A stretch of 44,072 nt of DNA, filler included, from Jimgerdemannia flammicorona (taxonomy: Eukaryota): NCBI GenBank assembly GCA_003990765.1. It is 2 parts of 2 records of this genome, joined end to end, with 100 filler letters (N's around TTAATTAATTAA, not from the genome) between each part and the next. Parts side by side here need not be neighbours in the genome. Positions count along the whole stretch, not along the records: positions 22,094 to 44,072 come from RBNJ01001353.1; 1 more part is not named here. The stretch is one strand, 5' to 3'. Positions 38,761-44,072 of this stretch are shown piece after piece (the first letter of the stretch is position 1; the number at the start of each line of letters is the position of its first letter). Under the pieces are notes generated by a model. The model was not told the DNA's origin. It worked only from the letters and a program-made list of their open reading frames with translations, and searched no databases. A program made the position numbers and the translations under genes.

Positions 38761-40480
38761 TTCTACTGCTATCAAATTATAATAAAACTATATACTGATA
38801 GAATTAATAAATTACAGATAGTCAATAGTGACTATTAGCTTTAAGTTTTGAGTTCTTAAGGAAGCACTGAGTTCTAAAGTATCTATAGTATAGATCTTAT
38901 CTAAGTATCACTTTTGATAAAATATAAAGAAAATACCATACTTGTATCTTAAGTTAATTAGGCTCAGAATTATTAACAAGTTGGATCTGGGAGTTCTTGG
39001 ATAAGAATAATAGTTTATTCTTAAGAGAGGAAAGTAGAGCTGGAATTATAATATACTCAATATAGAGAGTATTTATATATATTTAAAACTATAACTAAAT
39101 ATAATATATTGAGTATATCTATATATATTTATATTATTTTAAGTAACTATAACTGCTGGTTAGAATTTCTATTGAAATTTCTAGTAGCTTATAGATATGT
39201 AATAATTCATTATACTTACTTATAGATAATATATATATATAGTATAGAAGACTTTTGAGAGCTTGGAAAATATCCTGAAAATATTATTCATTCTTTTGTA
39301 ATATATATCTATATTATAGTAATTATAATAATTATCAAACTAGTTTATTGTTATTATTATTTATTCTTTAATCTTATTATTTATAAGAGTTATAAAAGAC
39401 ATTTTCATTTTATTATTATCATTATAAATATTTATATATACTGATCTTATTAGTTTTGTTGACTATTTCTATAGTTTTATCAACTATATCTCTATTATCT
39501 AGAAGAGCTTATAATTGCCTTTACTATTAGAGGGAACTTTATTATTATAATTATCTCTATTATTAGAGAATACTATATTTATCACTCTTTTGAAATTTTC
39601 TTCACTATTGAAATAAGTAATAACTATATTTATCTAAAGTTATATATTTGTATATTTATATATATATTTCTATAGTATATATTTAAAGAATTATTAAATC
39701 TTATTCTAGTGACAAGATACTAACAATATAGTATATACTCTAAAGATGTTTTTTTTTCTTTAGCTACTTAATTACTAGTAGAGCTTATATATAATAATAC
39801 TTATTTCAATCTCTTCTGTATCCTTAGATAACTTGGATAATAAGGTATTACTCAGAGACTTGATATATATATATATTAAAAAGTCTTTCAATTGTTCTTT
39901 TACTTAGTAGTATTTACTAAGATTGAGAAAGTACTATTTCTTTATAGTAGAATAAAGGTATTACTCTTCTTCAGTAACCATAGTTACAAGGGACTTGTTC
40001 TTGCTATACACAGACTGAATCTCTTATGATTCAGATTCAAAGGAATTTTCTTTTTAGATTTATATATCAGTTCTTAGTTCTGGTAGAAGTTAGCTAGGCT
40101 TTTGAAGTTTAATAAAAAATACTAGAGTAACTTATTTTTTAATCTTTATTCAAATTTCCATATTTTTATATCTTAGATAACTTTGTCCTGCTCTACTTGA
40201 TCTACTATACTTCTTTAATATTATTTTGTAAATTTATCAAGTCTCTAGATATAACTTCCAAATATTATAAAACTGAGTTATCTTTCTCAAATAGATCACA
40301 AATATTCTTTACAATTATGATCTATTAGTAGATAATCTGATAAATGGCAATTTTGGCATTCTTTTTTATATTTAGTTGTATGTTCTATTTCAAAGTACTG
40401 TATTTCAATATTCTTACACTGAGCTGATTTATCTTTTTACTTCTTTCTATATTTCCTCTTGTTTAATTAAATTCAGAGAT
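38760..40480 (-). other. Extremely AT-rich decayed repeats (possible LTR, then possible LINE 3' part)
   Basis: Minus-strand TATA/AATAAA layout near 39015-39080 and a YLEVI (YLGV-like) motif near 40255. Weak evidence. Confidence 0.3.
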
Positions 40481-40670
40481 GGTCGTAATATAATTTAAAT
40501 TGTGTTCACATAATGTAGAAGAGTAATTCGGGTTGTGGATTAATTCGAGCATCAGTTGTGGATTTGAATAATTGGTGTCCGATGTCCTATTATCCCCAGA
40601 AATTCAATGAGTCGATGTCATATGATCTATAAGATTCGAATATTTTTCGTCGTGTCGCCACCGCAATTTT

Positions 40671-41264
40671 TCAAATTTGCGTAATTCCAATGGATCCAAC
40701 ACGACTCCGCAAGGCGGCTCTGATCATCATGGCGGATGATTTTAGCAGTTTGTCAGTAGTGACTAGAAGGTTTATGTCAGGTGCATTCTCAGTAGGGGGA
40801 AACTTGGTAAAATGACAGAGCTCGGTAGGGGAATTTGCGACCTGGGAATGTGCGGGCTTGGAAAGAAACAGAGCTCCGTGGCGATCTCGGTCGGGAATTT
40901 GATGCCGTTGATCCTTAAATTTTCTAATTACGATGAGGATAATCGGACGTCGCCATGAAATTACGTAACCGAGGACCCGAGGAGAACAACATATACCCAA
41001 TTCTTCGGCTCGAGATGTTGCGAAATTGGTAACTCCGTAGCTTGTCACGTACCCCTCCATTTGGCCATGCCTATATGAAAGTTGACAGTTTCTTAGAATC
41101 GCTGATGCTACACGAAGTTTTTGCTTCTTTGTATCCTTTTCTCGTAGACCTCTTGAACGATCTTCGAAAATCGATTTTGCGCTTTCCAATTTCGTAATTC
41201 CGATGCATGTGGCTTGTATTGGTGGCGGACCCGGAGATTGGTAATATCTATAGCTGTACAACAT
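40671..41264 (-). CDS. Orphan 197-aa ORF divergent from the caspase-like gene
   Basis: Open frame with ATG inside the CpG-rich island. No recognisable motif. Confidence 0.25.
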   Translation of the reverse strand: MLYSYRYYQSPGPPPIQATCIGITKLESAKSIFEDRSRGLREKDTKKQKLRVASAILRNCQLSYRHGQMEGYVTSYGVTNFATSRAEELGICCSPRVLGYVISWRRPIILIVIRKFKDQRHQIPDRDRHGALFLSKPAHSQVANSPTELCHFTKFPPTENAPDINLLVTTDKLLKSSAMMIRAALRSRVGSIGITQI

Positions 41265-41583
41265 CTATAGCTTGTACAACATCTTGGCGTTTTGGAAGGT
41301 CCAATGAGACGTAAACTTTCAAGTTGACGCTTAAAGGCGCAGTTTTCTGTAGGCTTGATTGATTGTAACTCAGGTGGGCACATCCTACGAAGCGCGGTCA
41401 CCAAACAATCATTTGGCGAAATCAGTCGGTTACCACGAATAAAATAAAATTAAAATAGATGCTATATAGAAATCTATCATATATATATTTTTTTTTGGCA
41501 AACTGAAATTGTAATGGAATGATCCGTGGATTCAGGCAATACAAAAAAGCACGAATATGGACAAACTGCGGTTGATTGAACAA

Positions 41584-41590
41584 TATAAAA
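41584..41590 (+). promoter_or_regulatory. Candidate TATA box of the caspase-like gene
   Basis: TATAAAA about 45 nt upstream of ATG 41632. Confidence 0.35.
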
Positions 41591-41631
41591 TAACTTTGAG
41601 ATTCCAAAATATCAAGCATCGATTTCATGAT

Positions 41632-42713
41632 ATGTCTCAATCCCCCTTCGACAATAAGCACGCCCACGCTGTCCTCATTGGTACGAACATGGCGTCCTCG
41701 ACAACAAGCTCATCGGCATGATCAACGACGCTGAATTGCTTTATGAAATCCTCGTCGACTCGTCACTGCTGACAGGGGAGCAGGCGACACGAGAAAACAT
41801 CATGAATGTGCTGGATGAACTGGCTTCAGCAACTGAAGACGACAAAGAAGCAACGGTGTTGATTTTCTATTCGGGACGTGGACACCGCGAGAAGGATAAT
41901 AACAGCAACTGGAATGTATACCTTACGCCTTACGGAGCACGGGCCGGCGCCGAACTGATTGACAATTCGGAGCTTCATAGGAAACTTAAAGCATTGGATT
42001 CGAAACAGACCATCTTGCTGTTGAATTGCTGTTTTGCCGCGGGAATCGGAGCTCTCAGCGAATTGGGTACGGGCCACCAAAATGAGAAAGAACTGATGGC
42101 ATTGGGCAACGTGCCTCTCACAAAGAAGAGCATCGACTATTTAAAGGAACATCGCGGATTATGCGTGCTTTCGTTGTCGATGGCCAACGAGAGATCATGG
42201 ACAGGTGTGGCTCTTACCTTTCAATAGAAAAAATACAGCATCTTTACGCTGGGCATTTGCAAGGCGCTCATGGGCGCGTGCTTGAAAACGGCGGGATTCG
42301 TCTACCTGTCCCAAGTCGCGAACTTTTACTAAGAGTACACTCGTTCCAAAACCGATAAGAAGCAAAATCCCTTTCTCGATTTTGCCGGAATCGACAATGC
42401 TCCGATGGCATACTACTCCGACACACTGTTAGCTCAACTTCGGGCACTTGGTGACGAGGACGACGATGTCGAACTTGAAAAATCTGACACCGAGTCGAAT
42501 GACAATGTTGCAGAAAAGAGAACGCACCATGTCGTTTTTAATGGAAACGTGAAAGCGAGCCAGGATGCGAGGGTGATTGCGGGAAGTACTTTTAAGATTA
42601 GTAATGTCAGCGGAGTCGGTAGTTTTTCTGTCTTTGGTGATATAAGGGGGGGGGTCCGGAAATCCAAGATAGCGCAGATGGCAATAGCCAACATTTGTGA
42701 TACCTTTTCATAA
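41632..42713 (+). pseudogene. Intronless caspase-like (peptidase C14) gene with acidic linker and C-terminal amyloid-like repeats; disrupted
   Basis: Motifs HAVLIG, LIGMINDA, QATRENI, IFYSGRG, LLLNCCFAAG, YSIFT..ALMG, GFVYLSQV and QNP. Lesions: frameshift near 41688, stops at 42225 and 42330, catalytic His>Arg at 41877. Confidence 0.85.
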
Positions 42714-42949
42714 GCCCTTTCTACGAAGTAAACATCACATAATTATTATAACCAGCGTGCATAGTTTGCAACACTATCTATTTTGAAAATTTGCAGTAAA
42801 TCGACCTATATTCAAACAGTTTGTTTTGTAAAATGGCAGTAAAAGAATTGCCCAAGCAAGTTAGCTAAATGCGATACGTCGAAAGGTCCCTTCGAGCTAC
42901 GTGAGCCTTGCTCGTTTTACGTCTACCCACCTTTCCGGTATGACTCGAA

Positions 42950-43252
42950 ATGGCTGACACCATTATCCTCGTCCCCCTGGTCCACGGCGGAAATCCAAAT
43001 GAACTTGCTCCCCAGAATCTGACCGCTTCCCGCATATTCTGAGAGATGAGTATCACCCTCGATGTTCTAAAAGCCGTGCTTGCCGCTGACCCGGCGAGCT
43101 GACCGCGCTGGGCAACATCAAAGAGAATTTTTCCTGGCGAATTCAAAGACGAACACACTCACATTGTCATGGCGCTACCCACCAACACAGAAGCTTCATT
43201 GCACCACTGGCCTGACAATCATGTCATGAATTCGGTGGCAAATAATGTTTAG
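42950..43252 (+). pseudogene. Crinkler (CRN)-type N-terminal ubiquitin-like header fragment
   Basis: MADTIILVPLVHGGNP..IF*EMSI..ELTALGNIKENF/PGEFKDEHTHIVMALP matches the CRN pattern LVHG..LWKV..HIHIIVxxP. It has a stop, frameshifts and an internal deletion. Confidence 0.65.
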
Positions 43253-43343
43253 GACAGATTTGAAAGTTGTAGTCCTCCCTTCAGAAAGGAGTATGCACGC
43301 ACCAAAATCGCGCGTGACATCTGCCTTATCTGAATATATCTGT

Positions 43344-43953
43344 TGTCATGTAGTGGTCGCTGAGTCCTTCAAATATGCCAGATTCGCTTCAAGGTGTATC
43401 TCTTAGACTAACTCAAGTTTGTTATAAGCAAGTTCTTATTGGAGTGCCTTCCCAAGGTCTTATAGTCCTCAAACTTCTTATCTTTAACTGTCTTGTTATC
43501 TCTTAGATTGCTTGCAAGGAAGTGTGTGTATTGCACTGAGAAGACTGACTTTATTTCAGAGGAAATAAGATGGGTATTTATACAAAATATAATTCAATGG
43601 TTGCTAAGATATAAAGCTAAATATAAATTCCAATAACTAAAACTACTAAGTTCCAGGGTTGGCACTGATGGTTGTACAGGTTCAGGATGCTGGTATAATT
43701 CAGTGTCACATCAAAATACCAGTGCTGAAACAATTTTGCATCACCTCAGAATGCCGGTGCTGGCATTATCCAGTGTTACATGAGAATACCAGTGCTGGCA
43801 TTATCCAGTGTAACAAAGAACTTAGAGCAGAAAGTTCAGGATCATGGGGGCTTCATCATCATCATCACTGAAGGAGATGAGGTCCGCGAATTCGTCATGC
43901 AGGCCGCGCGTCTCGCGTACTTCGTTGTCGCGCGTCTCGCGTACTTCGTTGTC
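43344..43953 (-). repeat. Partial, less-mutated LTR of the element B family
   Basis: TGTCATGTAGTGGTCGCTGAGTCC.. is colinear with 10739 and 18009. It has a 24-bp tandem duplication at 43906-43953 and is cut by a poly(A) insertion. Confidence 0.9.
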
Positions 43954-44072
43954 TTTTTTTTTTTTTTTTTTTTAATGGACTCATGTCCCGCGGAATTTTA
44001 TTGGAAGGGAACCTAGACTATATAGGCCAAAACCCTCCCCCACCACCCACCAAGCACTGCCCCCCCATTAAC
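43954..44072 (-). mobile_element. SINE-like family, young copy (3' end with A20 tail), runs off the window
   Basis: T-run 43954-43973 followed by sequence matching 22097-22196. Confidence 0.8.

Noticed and set aside
42205..42227. 23-nt GT-AG intron removing the first stop
   Set aside because: Splicing would shift out of the frame encoding the conserved YSIFT..LMG..QNP motifs.
42225..42332. TAG/TAA read as Gln (alternative genetic code) in the caspase gene
   Set aside because: The gene also has a frameshift and His>Arg, and C>T changes readily create these stops. Pseudogenisation is simpler, though conserved genes would be needed to exclude recoding.
42865..43158. 97-aa minus-strand ORF
   Set aside because: It is the antisense shadow of the Crinkler-header pseudogene.
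43971..44072. Terminal redundancy with 22094-22196 suggesting a circular contig
   Set aside because: The copies differ at many positions, so they are paralogous insertions.

Overview
Eukaryotic, almost certainly fungal, DNA (host lineage inferred as early-diverging/Mucoromycota-like from a Crinkler-type header and the TE set; not proven). The window is two ~22-kb pieces joined by an artificial 100-bp spacer (44 N + TTAATTAATTAA + 44 N, 21994-22093), so the halves need not be adjacent in the genome. About 93% is a nested graveyard of transposons riddled with C>T/G>A changes. The left piece holds Ty3/Gypsy element A (16-9906, gag/PR/RT missing) carrying a full-length L1-like LINE with a 15-bp TSD, full-length Gypsy element B (10739-19593; 1.59-kb LTRs, gag-PR-dUTPase-RT-RH, separate integrase ORF, accessory ORF running into U3), older Gypsy relics and a foldback MITE. 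The right piece holds two nested Ty1/Copia relics, a solo LTR, a hAT relic, tandem-repeat arrays, a second L1 relic and a partial third copy of LTR B. A poly(A) SINE-like family occurs four times across the window. A CpG-rich island at ~40485-43343 contains a disrupted intronless caspase-like (peptidase C14) gene ending in a HET-s-like two-repeat amyloid motif, a Crinkler N-terminal pseudogene and an orphan ORF. The best candidates for undescribed biology are the caspase-amyloid fusion and an accessory domain shared by elements A and B. All family assignments are by-eye motif recognition; no searches were run.
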